NCBI GenBank assembly: GCA_030426805.1
Contig: JAUHXU010000006.1
Span: 199,716-263,715, forward strand
Length of the DNA stretch: 64,000 nt
Direction of reading: 5' to 3'
Source of the DNA: a bacterium
GTDB taxonomy: Bacteria > Planctomycetota > JAFGQW01
Position numbers and translations under genes: made by a program. Of the stretch, positions 8,343 to 20,267 are shown piece after piece; within the stretch, counting starts at the first letter, position 1; the number at the start of each line of letters is the position of its first letter. The notes under the pieces were generated by a model. It was given only the letters and a program-made list of their open reading frames with translations. It did not search any database and had not been told where the DNA came from.

Positions 8343-9368
8343 CTACCGAACGGGCAGCTTGATCGGGTGACCGACCGCGAGGTCGGTCGCGGCTGCCTCG
8401 GTCAGGCCATTGAGTGCGAGCACTTCGCGGAACTTGCGTTCCATCTTGTTCTCGCGCAGCAAGCCGTAGACCGTCTGGCCCTTGCCGAGCCGGATCACGC
8501 GGACACCGCTCTTCGCAGCATCCGGCTTGCGACCGGCGTCCGGCTTCGTGCCGTGTGTGACGAGAGACGGCTTGATCGTCGCCTTCGCCTTCGACTCGAA
8601 CGCCGGCACGACGATCGTCATGCCGGGCCGCATCCGGGACGCGGGCACGTCGAGATTGGCGTCGACCAGTCGCTTGAAGTACTTGCCGTCCCCGTAGACG
8701 CGCTCGGCGATCTTCCAGTAGCTGTCGTCCTTGCGGACGACGTAGCTGGTGGCCGCCGGTTCGCCCGTGGCGCCTGGGTCGAGCCAGTTCGGCACCGCGT
8801 TCGATGCGACCCGGCCCTTGCCGATCCCGCGAGCGTCGATGGGAGCGGGATCATTGTCGATCCCACTCCCTCGCCGCACGGTCGACGCGTTCGGCACGGT
8901 GCCCTCGCTCCCTGAGCGCCCGGAAACGCCGCCGTGACGGCCCGATTCGGGCCCCGACGGGATTCCCCCGGGCGTAGCAGAGGGCGGGTTCGTCGGTCGG
9001 CCGCCACCGCCCGCGGCGGCGCGTCCGTCCGAACCCGACGCGTTCTCGCTTCCGCCGTCGCGAACGACGGGGGAGTCGAGGTCGGCGTGGTCTCCCTCCA
9101 GACCATCGCCTTTCAATGCACCTCCGGTCGCGTCGCCGTAGCCGGCGCCGCCGTCAGAGGTGCCTGCGTCCGTGCCGCCCGTGGGGCCGCCGACCGCTGC
9201 TGAGCCATTCGCTGAGCCATCAACGCCGCGATCGCTCGCGTTTGCGCTCTTGGCCGCTTCGCTTTCATCCGTCTCACCGGGACCGCCGGTGGTCAACGCA
9301 ATCGTGACGATGACTACGATCGTCGCCACGACAACGAAGACGAGGATCTTTTCGATTCGGTCCATCAA
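8343..9368 (-). CDS. LysM domain peptidoglycan-binding protein, membrane anchored
   Basis: N-terminal TM (ILVFVVVATIVVIVTIALT) and a Gly/Ser/Asp-rich linker. Two LysM-like modules (YVVRKDDSYWKIAERVYGDGKYFKRLVDAN...GMTIVVP and IRLGKGQTVYGLLRE...HPIKLP). Confidence 0.7.
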   Translation of the reverse strand: MMDRIEKILVFVVVATIVVIVTIALTTGGPGETDESEAAKSANASDRGVDGSANGSAAVGGPTGGTDAGTSDGGAGYGDATGGALKGDGLEGDHADLDSPVVRDGGSENASGSDGRAAAGGGGRPTNPPSATPGGIPSGPESGRHGGVSGRSGSEGTVPNASTVRRGSGIDNDPAPIDARGIGKGRVASNAVPNWLDPGATGEPAATSYVVRKDDSYWKIAERVYGDGKYFKRLVDANLDVPASRMRPGMTIVVPAFESKAKATIKPSLVTHGTKPDAGRKPDAAKSGVRVIRLGKGQTVYGLLRENKMERKFREVLALNGLTEAAATDLAVGHPIKLPVR

Positions 9369-9543
9369 CCGCCTCCCACATGGACCGGACGGCTTCTGTC
9401 GCCTTCAGAAACCCAAAGAAGACCGCCCTCGGTGAATCGCGAGAAAGGATAGGGATCCATATCTTTCGCGTCAAGACCGATACGACACAATATTTCGTGC
9501 ATCGATTCGTCGTGCGTGCGCATGGGTCGCATGAAGGCAGCGC

Positions 9544-9587
9544 ACGTTTCATGTCGTCACGACGACGTCGAAGCGCGAAACCCGGGG
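9544..9587 (-). terminator. Putative hairpin terminators downstream of the ICMT-family gene
   Basis: Palindrome GTCGTCAC/GACGAC at 9544-9557. Stem-loop CGAAAC-N10-GTTTCG at 9565-9587, just 3' of the minus-strand gene ending at 9637. Confidence 0.3.
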
Positions 9588-9636
9588 TGGCGTTTCGGGC
9601 GGAGAGCGGGGGAAAACCGCGTTCGAACCGGCGCGA

Positions 9637-10215
9637 TCAGCGCCAGATGAACTTGCTGCCGATGATCAGCAGACCGAGCGCGCACAGCGCCGCGGTCTCC
9701 AACTCGCTGTTGTGCACGACGAGGTCGAACCGCCACTTGCGGTTCTCCGCGTGCTTGAAGCGAGTGAGACGGGGGACCAGGTCGGGCACGCTGCGGATGT
9801 AGTCCTCCGCGTCGTCGCCGAAGCGGCGGCGGAGGCGGTCGTACTCGATGCGCTTCTTCTTCGGAAAGTAGTAGAGGAAGTAGCACGCGAGTCCGAACGG
9901 CAGCAGTCCGCACAAGACCCAGATGCTCACCTCGCCCGGATGCGTCGCCGAGGCGGCGAACCCGAACATGATGAGCAGGGTGCCGAGGTAGAGGGGGTTC
10001 TTCACGTGCGCGTAGGGGCCCGAGGTGACCAGTCGCTGGTTCTTCTCGAGGTGCCCGGTGCCCCAGATACGGATGATCTCCCCGACGGTGATCAGCACGA
10101 CGCCCGCGGCGAAGAACCACGGGTGGGGTCGCGAGATCAAGGCGAAGGCGATCAGCGCGAGGATCGCCGTGTAGACGATCGCACGACGCCAAGTCAGTTT
10201 CTTCGAAGCTGGCAC
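9637..10215 (-). CDS. Isoprenylcysteine carboxyl methyltransferase (ICMT)/phospholipid methyltransferase family membrane protein
   Basis: Start taken at GTG 10215 (VPASKKL...). Multi-TM protein with the family motif HLVTSGPYAHVRNPLYLG. The upstream part of the longer ORF (to 10551) is Arg/Pro-rich junk. Confidence 0.65.
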   Translation of the reverse strand: MPASKKLTWRRAIVYTAILALIAFALISRPHPWFFAAGVVLITVGEIIRIWGTGHLEKNQRLVTSGPYAHVKNPLYLGTLLIMFGFAASATHPGEVSIWVLCGLLPFGLACYFLYYFPKKKRIEYDRLRRRFGDDAEDYIRSVPDLVPRLTRFKHAENRKWRFDLVVHNSELETAALCALGLLIIGSKFIWR

Positions 10216-10511
10216 GTGAGCCCGTTCCTCCCGCTGCGGACCCACGAAGGGGCCCGTCCTCGGCGGCCGTCTCAATCCCGGCCGTGATCGGTTCGTCCCG
10301 CTCTCGGGACAGACTTCCGGGACCGTCTTCACCACGGCCGTCGGAAGAGTGGTGGGCGTCGGAAGCGGAGAACGACTCCGCTCGGTTTCCAAGGGCGGTG
10401 TTCTTATACACACGAGAATCGCCGTTGGCAAGCCGCACGTCGGCCGGCTCCGGCGGTTGACAGTCCGGCGGTGACGCCGTACGATTCGCGAGGTCTCGCG
10501 CGAGGTGCCCC

Positions 10512-11129
10512 ATGCTCCGATCCCCCCCGTTCGCCACGGTCTCGTACGCACCGTCGTATCCGCTGTGGCTCGTGCTCGCGGCGGCGTTGCTCGTCGCTTC
10601 CGGCTGCGGCTCCTCGACCCTCGACGACTTCGAGCCCGAACTCGCGAAGGACGCGACCGGCAAGGTCGCGCCGATCACGATCGAGCTCGTCGACTACCGC
10701 AGCAAGCCCCCGCTCTACTTCACGTTGTCGAACGCGTCGAACGAGCGCGCCCAGCGCGCGAAGCAGGCCGGCCGACTGCCGATGACCCACAAGGTCGTCG
10801 ACGACGAGACGGTCGGGCAGGTCGTCGCGTTCATGCGCCAGCGCGACTACTTCGAGTACGCGCGCCCGGTCGGCAACACCGCGACCGAGCTGCCCGACAG
10901 CACGCGTCGTACGCTGCTGCTGATGCGCGGCGGCGAGCCGACGCTTCGGATGGTGGAGCTGCACAAGATGGGCCTGCAGCCGGGTGGCCGCGAGCAGGTG
11001 CAGGCGATCAGCGACATGAGCCGGGTGATCCGCGCGGTGAGCAACCAGAATCTGGCGCTTCGCGTCGACTCGAGCGGCAAGACGATCTCCGACTTGCTCA
11101 ACCAACCCGGTCTGCGCGGGGGGCGCTGA
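10512..11129 (+). CDS. Hypothetical secreted/lipoprotein
   Basis: ATG at 10512. Signal peptide ends ...LLVASGCGSS (Cys after the signal). Coding-like composition. No recognisable domain. Confidence 0.5.
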   Translation: MLRSPPFATVSYAPSYPLWLVLAAALLVASGCGSSTLDDFEPELAKDATGKVAPITIELVDYRSKPPLYFTLSNASNERAQRAKQAGRLPMTHKVVDDETVGQVVAFMRQRDYFEYARPVGNTATELPDSTRRTLLLMRGGEPTLRMVELHKMGLQPGGREQVQAISDMSRVIRAVSNQNLALRVDSSGKTISDLLNQPGLRGGR

Positions 11130-11130
11130 G

Positions 11131-11933
11131 TTGCCCCGGGACGCCGCGACCCCGTCCGGTGCCCTGGTCGTCATCCCCGCTCGCTTCGCCTCGACCCGCC
11201 TGCCCGCGAAGCTGCTCCTCGCCGAGACCGGCAAGCCGCTGGTCGTGCACACGGCCGACCGAGCCGCGGCGGCGTCGCACGTCGGCCGGGTCGTCGTCGC
11301 GACCGACGACGACCGGATCGCCGAGGCGGTCCGCGCGCACGGCTACGAGGCGGTCATGACCTCGCCGTCGTGTGCTTCCGGCACCGACCGGGTCGCCGAG
11401 GTCGCGCGCGACAGCGACGCCGACGTCGTCGTCAACGTCCAGGGCGACGAGCCGGAGGTCGACCCCGGGCTGATCGACGCGCTGATCGACGCCACCGAAG
11501 CCGACCCGTCGGCCGACCTGTTCACCGCGTCCGTCCCGTTCGAGGACGTCGCGCAAGCCGACGACCCGGCCGCGGTGAAGGTCGTGGTGGATTCCAGCGG
11601 CCGAGCACTCTATTTTTCTCGGGCCCGCATCCCGTTCCACCGGGACGCCGATGCGGTCCCGCCCGAACGCCGACACGATGCGATCGCTCCGCGGTTGCAC
11701 GTCGGCATCTACGCGTTTCGTCGCCCCGCGCTGCTCGAGTTCGCCGAGTGGACGCCGTCGGCGCTGGAACGGACCGAAGGCCTCGAGCAGTTGCGCGCGT
11801 TGGACAACGGCATGGCGATTCACGTCGTGGCCTGGCACGCGGGACATGCGGGGATCGACACGCGTGAGGATTACGACCTCTTCATGGCCCGGCACGGATG
11901 TGTGCGGGCGGGGGCGTCTGAGAGGGAGGATGC

Positions 11934-11937
<4 letters not shown>
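11131..11937 (+). CDS. kdsB: 3-deoxy-manno-octulosonate cytidylyltransferase (CMP-Kdo synthetase)
   Basis: KdsB motifs [24 protein letters not shown] and a conserved C-terminal region. TTG at 11131 overlaps the upstream stop. ATGA overlap with pyrG. Confidence 0.85.
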
Positions 11938-13569
<1,632 letters not shown>

Positions 13570-13595
<26 letters not shown>

Positions 13596-14946
13596 CACGC
13601 TGCGCCGGTCGTGCCTCGTCCTCGCGGTGGTGCTCGCGTGCATCGCCGCGCCGGCCTCGTCCCAGCAAGGCGGTGACGACACCCCGGCAGCGCGCGCAGC
13701 CGAGCGGCGCGCGAAACTCGAGAAGGCCGACGTGTCGGGCCGTCTCGTCCTCGCGACGTGGTGTCGCGACCGCGGGCTCGCGGCGATCGCGGCCGAGCTG
13801 TGTCGGGAAGTCCTCGCCCTCGACAAGGACAACGTCCCCGCCCACCGCGCGCTCGGGCACGTCTTCGTCGACGGTGCATGGGACGAGCGTCCGGCTGCGC
13901 GCGACGCCGAGCGCGGTCGCCTCGAAGCGCTGCTCCGTCGCGCCGGCCTCGTGCGGTATCGCGTCGGCTGGGAGACGCCGGACGGCGCGCGGCGTCGCGC
14001 GCGCGGTGAGGAATACGTCGCCGGACAGTGGCGTCGTGGCGATGCGATCAAGGCCGCCAAGGGCTGGGTGCGCATCGACGACGAGTGGGTCGAGCCCGGC
14101 GAGGCGCTCGGGCGCACCGCGGCACAACGGCTGACCGCGCTCGCCGGCACGGACTACGGCCACCGCGTGGGCCGACAGGTGATCGTCGTGTCGACGCTCC
14201 CCGACGATGCGGTCGCCGCGTTGGTCGAAGCGCTCGATCACGCGGTGGGGGACACGCTCGTGATGCTCGGGGAGCGGGGCGAGCGCGCGATCTTCGCGCC
14301 GCAGGTGCGCGTCGTGATCGTGACGAACGCCGCCCACACCAATGCGCTCCAGGTGTGGATCCCGTACGAGGCACCGCGTGCGCCGCGTTGGGGGCGGGCC
14401 GCTCCCGACGGCACCGGCCTTCGCATGACGCGCGACCGCACGGGTCGTCCGGTGTTGCAGATCGTCGTCGACGGCGACTGGCAGAGCATCGCCCCGCGCG
14501 TGCGCTCGCTCGCCGTCTACGGTTGCGCGCGACTGACGACGGCGCGCTACGCCGGGGGCGAGGACGCGCCGTTCTGGATCGCCGAGGGGATCGCCGGCGC
14601 CGTGCAGGGAATGCGCGCGAAGGGTGCGTTCGCGACGACCGCGGGCGACAACCCCGCGATGCCGGTCGATGTGCCGGCGGTCCGTTCGCCCGACGCGCTG
14701 CGGTCCGCCGTGCGTCGCGCGAAGCCGCGCCCGTTCGCGACGTTGATGGCGCTCCGTTCCGGTGACGCGACGCTCGACGACGTCCTGCACGCGACGGCCG
14801 CCGCGACCTGGATGCTCGGCGCGAAGCCCCGCGCACTCGGCCGTTGCGTCCGCGCGAGCGGTGACGGCAAGTCGCCCGACCTCGACGCCCTTTTCGGCCC
14901 GCTCGCCGACCTCGACACCGCATTCACCGCCTGGCTCGGCGGCTAG
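13570..14946 (+). CDS. Hypothetical secreted protein
   Basis: ATG at 13570 overlaps the pyrG 3' end. Signal peptide ([16 protein letters not shown]). No domain recognised. Long open frame with coding-like periodicity. Confidence 0.5.
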
Positions 14947-15059
14947 CGACTCGCTGCGCCGTATCTGCGGGCGCTCGGCGCGACGACTCTGCACCCGATC
15001 CCGGTCATTGGCGGCGCATCAGGTGCACCTCGGTGCAACATCGGCCCTCGATTGCGTGC

Positions 15060-15599
15060 TCAGAGGTGCGGGCGGGCGAGCGCGAAGGCGGCGATCGTCA
15101 TGCCGTCCCAGATCGTGCGGGCGTCGATCGCGGCGGCGACTTCGTCGGGCGTGTAGCGGACGACTTCGATCTGTTCGGTCGCTTCGGGTGTGGAGCCGAC
15201 GTCGCGCAGGCCGCGTGCGACGTAGACGTGGCACATCTCGTCGGCGACGCCGTTGTAGGGGGCGAACGCGCCGACCTCGCGCAACTCGTCGGCCTCGACG
15301 CCGCACTCCTCGCGCAGCTCACGCACCGCGTTCGCGTCGACGTCGCCGCCGACCGGAACGCCGCCGGCCGGAAACTCGTCGCTCATGCGCTCGAGCAGGT
15401 AGCGATACTGTCGGACCAGGAGCACCCGACCGTCGGCGTCGACCGGGACGATCATCGTCGAGCCGCCGGTCTGGACGTAGAAGTAGTCCGTCACGTCGCC
15501 CGACGGCAGCCGGTAGCGGTCGTGCATCATGCGCCAATACGGACACGTGAACGACACGTCGCGGGAGACGGTCTCCCACGCGTCACCCGGCTCGGGCAT
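15060..15599 (-). CDS. NUDIX hydrolase
   Basis: Nudix box (GGVPVGGDVDANAVRELREECGVE). ATG at 15599 overlaps the upstream stop (ATGA). Confidence 0.8.
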   Translation of the reverse strand: MPEPGDAWETVSRDVSFTCPYWRMMHDRYRLPSGDVTDYFYVQTGGSTMIVPVDADGRVLLVRQYRYLLERMSDEFPAGGVPVGGDVDANAVRELREECGVEADELREVGAFAPYNGVADEMCHVYVARGLRDVGSTPEATEQIEVVRYTPDEVAAAIDARTIWDGMTIAAFALARPHL

Positions 15600-17032
15600 C
15601 AGACGTCCTTCAGGAACTTGCCGCTCGCGTTGACGAAGTCGGTCCATTTCTGGCCGATCTCGTCGATGTCGTGGTCCTCGAACGCGCGGCGAAAGTGGGA
15701 CAAGCCGGTCTCGCCGTTGAGTTCCATCTCGACGTAGCGGAACAGCGCCGGGCGATACTTGCCGCCCTCCTCGTTCCAGAGGAACCAGAACAGCGACCAC
15801 GCCTCCGCGTAGAAGAGCGCACCCGCCGCGGCGCGACCCGAGTCGGAATCGGACGAGCCGACCTTCTTGCGGCAGAGGCGATCCAGCGCGGACTTCGTCG
15901 GGATGCGTACGAGTTCCTCGAACGGGAACCAGTGGTCATACGCGGCGTTCTTCAGCCCCTTCATCCGCTCGCGCAGCTTGTGCTGGAACGAGTATTCGTA
16001 GGACCGCGATCCATCCTCGTTCGTGATCGCCTTGCGCTCGGTGCCGGAGAAGAACTCGGCGATCCCCTCCTGGAACCAGTGGAGCTGGCAACGCGTGCGC
16101 TTGGGCGTGTAGAACCAGATCAGTTGGTGCACCAACTCGTGGACCATCTTGTTGATCGCGAAGCGCTCCGACTCGGCGATGCCCTCGTAGTAGACGATCC
16201 GGTTGTTCGCCGGCATGAAGTAGGCGGCGGCTCCCTGCGGAATCTCGACGCCCATGTCGAGGTGGTATTTCTCGAACGTGTACTTCTCCTCGAAGAAGAT
16301 CACCGGCAGCACCGACAGCTTGCCCTCGTGCGACACACCCTCGAGCGGCTTGAGGTCGAGCCCCTTGAAGGTGTCGCGGAAGTGCTTCGCGCCGGCCTGC
16401 AGCATCTCGCCGAGCGTGCGCAGCTTGAACTGGTCGGTGGAGCGGTTGCCGCGCTCCTTCGCGATCACGAACGGCGGATAGCGCCCGAAGACGAGGTCGA
16501 ACTTCGCGAGGTGCTTGTCCGCCTTCAACTCCTCGACGATCTCGTCGGCGGCGGCGAACCACGGGTCGTCCAGGTCACCGCTCGCGGATGCGGCGCGTTC
16601 CTTCTCCGCCCGTTTGGCCATCGCGAGTTCGTCGGCGCGGAGCCAGCCGAGCTTCGCGAAGCGTTTGATCGGGCCGGTGTAGCGCGTGTAGCCGAGCTTC
16701 GCGCGAGCTTCCGCGTGGTTCGGATCGATCTTGATCACACGCTTGTAGATGCGCTGGGCGAGCTTCTCCTCCGACTTGAAGCCGGTCTTCTCGCACCACG
16801 CGCCGAGCGCGAACCAGTCCGCCGCGCTGTCCGATGCCTTCGCCTTGGCCGCGAGGCTCTGGTAGGTATCGGCGTCGGACGCGGGGGCGCCGGACTCCGG
16901 TGCGCCGGTCTTCTCGGTCGGCGTCGATTCGGTCGCCTTCTTCGTCGGCTTGTCGCCGCATGCGGTCACGGCGAACGACGTCGTGACGACCGCGATCAGT
17001 GCGAGACGGTGGAGGGTGCGCGGGTGGTTCAT
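15599..17032 (-). CDS. DUF1570-like lipoprotein with HExxH motif (putative metallopeptidase)
   Basis: Lipoprotein signal (SFAVTACGDK). HELVHQLIWF zinc-binding-like motif. Paralogous to 52171..53622. This family is typical of Planctomycetes. Confidence 0.7.
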   Translation of the reverse strand: MNHPRTLHRLALIAVVTTSFAVTACGDKPTKKATESTPTEKTGAPESGAPASDADTYQSLAAKAKASDSAADWFALGAWCEKTGFKSEEKLAQRIYKRVIKIDPNHAEARAKLGYTRYTGPIKRFAKLGWLRADELAMAKRAEKERAASASGDLDDPWFAAADEIVEELKADKHLAKFDLVFGRYPPFVIAKERGNRSTDQFKLRTLGEMLQAGAKHFRDTFKGLDLKPLEGVSHEGKLSVLPVIFFEEKYTFEKYHLDMGVEIPQGAAAYFMPANNRIVYYEGIAESERFAINKMVHELVHQLIWFYTPKRTRCQLHWFQEGIAEFFSGTERKAITNEDGSRSYEYSFQHKLRERMKGLKNAAYDHWFPFEELVRIPTKSALDRLCRKKVGSSDSDSGRAAAGALFYAEAWSLFWFLWNEEGGKYRPALFRYVEMELNGETGLSHFRRAFEDHDIDEIGQKWTDFVNASGKFLKDV

Positions 17033-17144
17033 GGGATCCCTGCCAGCGGGTTGAGGGTCGAGGGTCGGCGCAAATGGTAATACAAATCCGACCGCCTCGG
17101 GGTATCTTTGAACTCGTCGCCCCGCCCGGCCGACGACGTCTCAC

Positions 17145-19292
17145 ATGCGAGATCCCATCGCCCCCACACCGCTCCCCTCGCCCTTCGCCCGACGCACGGC
17201 TGCCGCGTGCGCGTTCGCGATCCTCGTCTCGCTGCTCGCGGCCTGCGGCGGCGGGAGCGAGCCGACCGACGAGGGGCGCCGCGCACCGTCCGACCCGGTC
17301 CCGCCGCCGGCGGTGGAGGAGGGGCGCGGATCCGACGGGGCGAGGCCCGGAAACGCCGGCGGAAATGACGGCGGAAGCGGCGGCGGAACCGATGGCCGCG
17401 CGAGCGACGACGAGCAGGCCGAGCGCGCCGGGCCACGTGGCCGCGTCGTCCGCACGGACGGGGGCGACTTGCGGGACGTGATCGTCCGGTTGCGTCAGCG
17501 CCGGGCCACGCTCGAGGAGGTGCGTTGCGACGCGAAGGGGCGATTCGCCTTCCGACGCATGCCCGAGGGGCCGCACACGGTCGCCGTCACCGCGCCCGGG
17601 TTCTTCCTGCACGGCCGGCGGCTCCTCGAACCGACGACCGAACCGCTCGAGATCGTGATCCGACCCGGGCAGTTCCTCGGCGGGATCGTGTCGACCCCGC
17701 GCGGCGAGCCGATCACGCGCTATTCGCTCGAGGCGATTCGCGTGCGCAAGGACGGCACGACGCGCACCGCGATCGACATGACGGTCGAGGCGGACGACGG
17801 TCGCTTCTACACGGCGGGGTTCGTCCCGGGCGAGTGGTGGGTAGTCATCCGCGCCGAGGGGTATTCGGCAGCCGCGTCGCGCCTCGTCGTCGGGCGCGTG
17901 ACCCCGCCGGCGCTCGACGTGCGATTGCGACCGGGCCGAGACGTGAACGGCTTCGTCCTCGAAGACGAGACCTGTGCACCGATCCCGGGGATTCGCGTCG
18001 CGATTCGCCCCAAGCGGCTCAACGACCTTCCGGATTCGATCGGTCTCGCGAGCGCCGTCACCGACGCAGACGGACGCTTCGTCGTGACCGACGTGCCCAA
18101 CGAAGCGGTGGTCGCGACGCTCCTCGCGCCGGAGTTGATCGCGCGCACGGCCGTGCCGCTGGGCTACCCCGGCCCGCGGCCGCGCCTGCTGCTGGCCCGG
18201 CGCGGTGCGACGCTCGACGGCGCGCTGTGGAATCGGCGCGGTCAGCCGGGCGCCGGTCGGCCGGTGCAACTGCGCGGACTCGTCTCGCGAGACGTCACGA
18301 CCGACGACGAGGGGTGCTTTCGCGCGACCGGCTTGCGCACGGGCACGTATCGCCTGCGATCGGGGGCGTGGGGCGGGGTGTTCGAGTTGCAGCGCGGGTT
18401 CTCGTTTCGCTACGACCTGATCGCACGCGATTCACCGATCTGTGCCGGCGTCGTGACGGCCGCCGGGGCGCCCTACTCCGGCGCGTCGGTGCGGATCGGC
18501 GACCCCGCGAAGGGCCCGGTCCGCTGGGCGCCGGTCGGGGCCGACGGCCGCTTCGGCCTCGACGGCGTGCGCCCCGGGGCGCGGCGCGTCACGGTGACGA
18601 ACCGCTTTGGCCACGTCGTGTATGAACGCGAACACACGTTCGCGAGCGGGAAGACCGTCGACGTCGCGTGTGCGCTGCCGGCCGGCCGCGTCGAAGGGCT
18701 GGCGGAGGCGTCGCTGACCGCCCGCCCGCTCGCCGGCACCACCGTGGCCCTGATTCCGCTCGCCCAGGCGGGATCCGGTCGACTCCCGCCGCGGATCCTC
18801 GGCGGCACGCCGCTGCGCGTGGCGCGCGACGGGATCTTCCGGTTCGACCACGTGCCGGCGGGGCGCTACGCGCTGTTCGCGTGGCGTGACGGATACGCGG
18901 TCGCCCGCCACGACGGGATCGTCGTCGGGCCGGGCGAGACGGTGGGGCCGATGCGCGTGCCGATCCACGGCGGCGGGATCGTGCGGGGCAACGTGCGCGT
19001 CGGGTCGCGGCCTGCGGGCGCCGTGGTCCGGCTGCTCGACGCCGACGGACGACCGTTGGGGCGGCCGGGCCGCGCGGTCGAGACGCGGGACGGCAGCTTC
19101 GTCTTTCGCGGCGTGTCGCCCGGCCCGCACACGCTGGTCGTCACGCGGCACGGGTGCTTCGAGCATCGCCGCCGCCTCGCCGTGACCGCCGGTGGCAACC
19201 CGCGCCTGCGGATCGCGCTCGATCAGCTTCCGGCGCGCGCGAGCCAGCCGTCGACCGACCCGACGAACGTGTCGAAGACCTCCGGCCGGTAG
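17145..19292 (+). CDS. Membrane-anchored protein with carboxypeptidase-regulatory-like repeats
   Basis: N-terminal TM (AACAFAILVSLLAACGG). Repeated CarboxypepD_reg-like modules (VVRTDGGDLRDVIVRL..., GIVSTPRGEPI..., GFVLEDETCAPIPGIRVAI...). Paralog of 6361..8124. Confidence 0.6.
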   Translation: MRDPIAPTPLPSPFARRTAAACAFAILVSLLAACGGGSEPTDEGRRAPSDPVPPPAVEEGRGSDGARPGNAGGNDGGSGGGTDGRASDDEQAERAGPRGRVVRTDGGDLRDVIVRLRQRRATLEEVRCDAKGRFAFRRMPEGPHTVAVTAPGFFLHGRRLLEPTTEPLEIVIRPGQFLGGIVSTPRGEPITRYSLEAIRVRKDGTTRTAIDMTVEADDGRFYTAGFVPGEWWVVIRAEGYSAAASRLVVGRVTPPALDVRLRPGRDVNGFVLEDETCAPIPGIRVAIRPKRLNDLPDSIGLASAVTDADGRFVVTDVPNEAVVATLLAPELIARTAVPLGYPGPRPRLLLARRGATLDGALWNRRGQPGAGRPVQLRGLVSRDVTTDDEGCFRATGLRTGTYRLRSGAWGGVFELQRGFSFRYDLIARDSPICAGVVTAAGAPYSGASVRIGDPAKGPVRWAPVGADGRFGLDGVRPGARRVTVTNRFGHVVYEREHTFASGKTVDVACALPAGRVEGLAEASLTARPLAGTTVALIPLAQAGSGRLPPRILGGTPLRVARDGIFRFDHVPAGRYALFAWRDGYAVARHDGIVVGPGETVGPMRVPIHGGGIVRGNVRVGSRPAGAVVRLLDADGRPLGRPGRAVETRDGSFVFRGVSPGPHTLVVTRHGCFEHRRRLAVTAGGNPRLRIALDQLPARASQPSTDPTNVSKTSGR

Positions 19293-20170
19293 GCGACGCG
19301 ACCGGCGAACTCGGTCATCGACAGGAAGTGCTCGATCATCGGCACGTGCAGGATCGCCGCGCGCGGCGGTGCGATGCCGATCGCCGCGACGACCGCCCGG
19401 TGGGAATCGCCGATCAGCGTACCGAGCGTGATCAACGTCGGGACGTCGTCGGGGAGGCGGGGGAGCGCGGCTTGCGGCGCGAGGGACGCGAAGTAGGCGG
19501 CGAGCGGTTCGTCGGCGGCCCGGCTCGGCCCGTCGGTCGTGAGCAGTTCGGTGCGTCGCCGGGCGAGGAAGCGCGGGCGGTTCGCGGGCTCCAGTTCGGT
19601 CGGGATGTCGAGCGGCGGATCCCACAGGACGAGCGCGTCCGGACGCGCGTCGTGCGCGACGACGGCGTCGAGCGCCATCGCCGCGCCGAGCGAGTGGCCG
19701 ACGACCGCGATCGGCGCGTCGCCCTCGGCCTCGAGCGCGCGGACCACCGCGGCGACGTCGGCGCCGAACGTCGGGACGTCGGCCGGGCCGATACGCGCGT
19801 CGCCGTAGCCACCGATGTCGGGGACGACGACCTCGAACCCGCGCGCCGCGAATGCCGCGGCGAGCCGCTGATACGGGCCGAACCGACGCCCCTTGGCGAT
19901 CGATCCGTGCACGAGGACCAGCCGCCCGCGCGACGGTCCGGCCGTCGCCGGATAGCGGTCGGCGGGGAGCGCGCGGTCGCCGTCGGCGGGGATCGAGAAC
20001 GCGTCGCCGCCGACCGGTGTCGCGACGCGAACGTCCCACGGCGGCCACTCGAGGACCGTCTGTTCGACGAGGCGGTTCAGCGTCCACGGGAGCAGCCGCG
20101 TGCGCACCGGCGCGAGCACGACGGCGAGTACGGCGAGGACGAGGATGGCGAGGAGGGCGCGACGGATCAT
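19223..20170 (-). CDS. Alpha/beta hydrolase fold protein
   Basis: N-terminal TM. GHSLG nucleophile elbow. Catalytic His near the C-terminus. Confidence 0.7.
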   Translation of the reverse strand: MIRRALLAILVLAVLAVVLAPVRTRLLPWTLNRLVEQTVLEWPPWDVRVATPVGGDAFSIPADGDRALPADRYPATAGPSRGRLVLVHGSIAKGRRFGPYQRLAAAFAARGFEVVVPDIGGYGDARIGPADVPTFGADVAAVVRALEAEGDAPIAVVGHSLGAAMALDAVVAHDARPDALVLWDPPLDIPTELEPANRPRFLARRRTELLTTDGPSRAADEPLAAYFASLAPQAALPRLPDDVPTLITLGTLIGDSHRAVVAAIGIAPPRAAILHVPMIEHFLSMTEFAGRVAYRPEVFDTFVGSVDGWLARAGS

Positions 20171-20267
20171 CGGAAGTGCTGCTCAGCGGGTTCGCCTTCG
20201 ATTCTACCACTCGACGGGCGGGGACGAACGCGGTAGCGTTGTCGACCGGAGCCGGGAGAGGCGAACG

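Noticed and set aside
9369-9636. Possible tRNA in the lower-GC intergenic region (GTTCGAACC T-loop-like motif near 9618)
   Set aside because: No complementary acceptor stem ~70 nt away, and no D-arm or anticodon-arm arrangement could be folded. I interpret it as promoter and terminator spacer containing hairpins.
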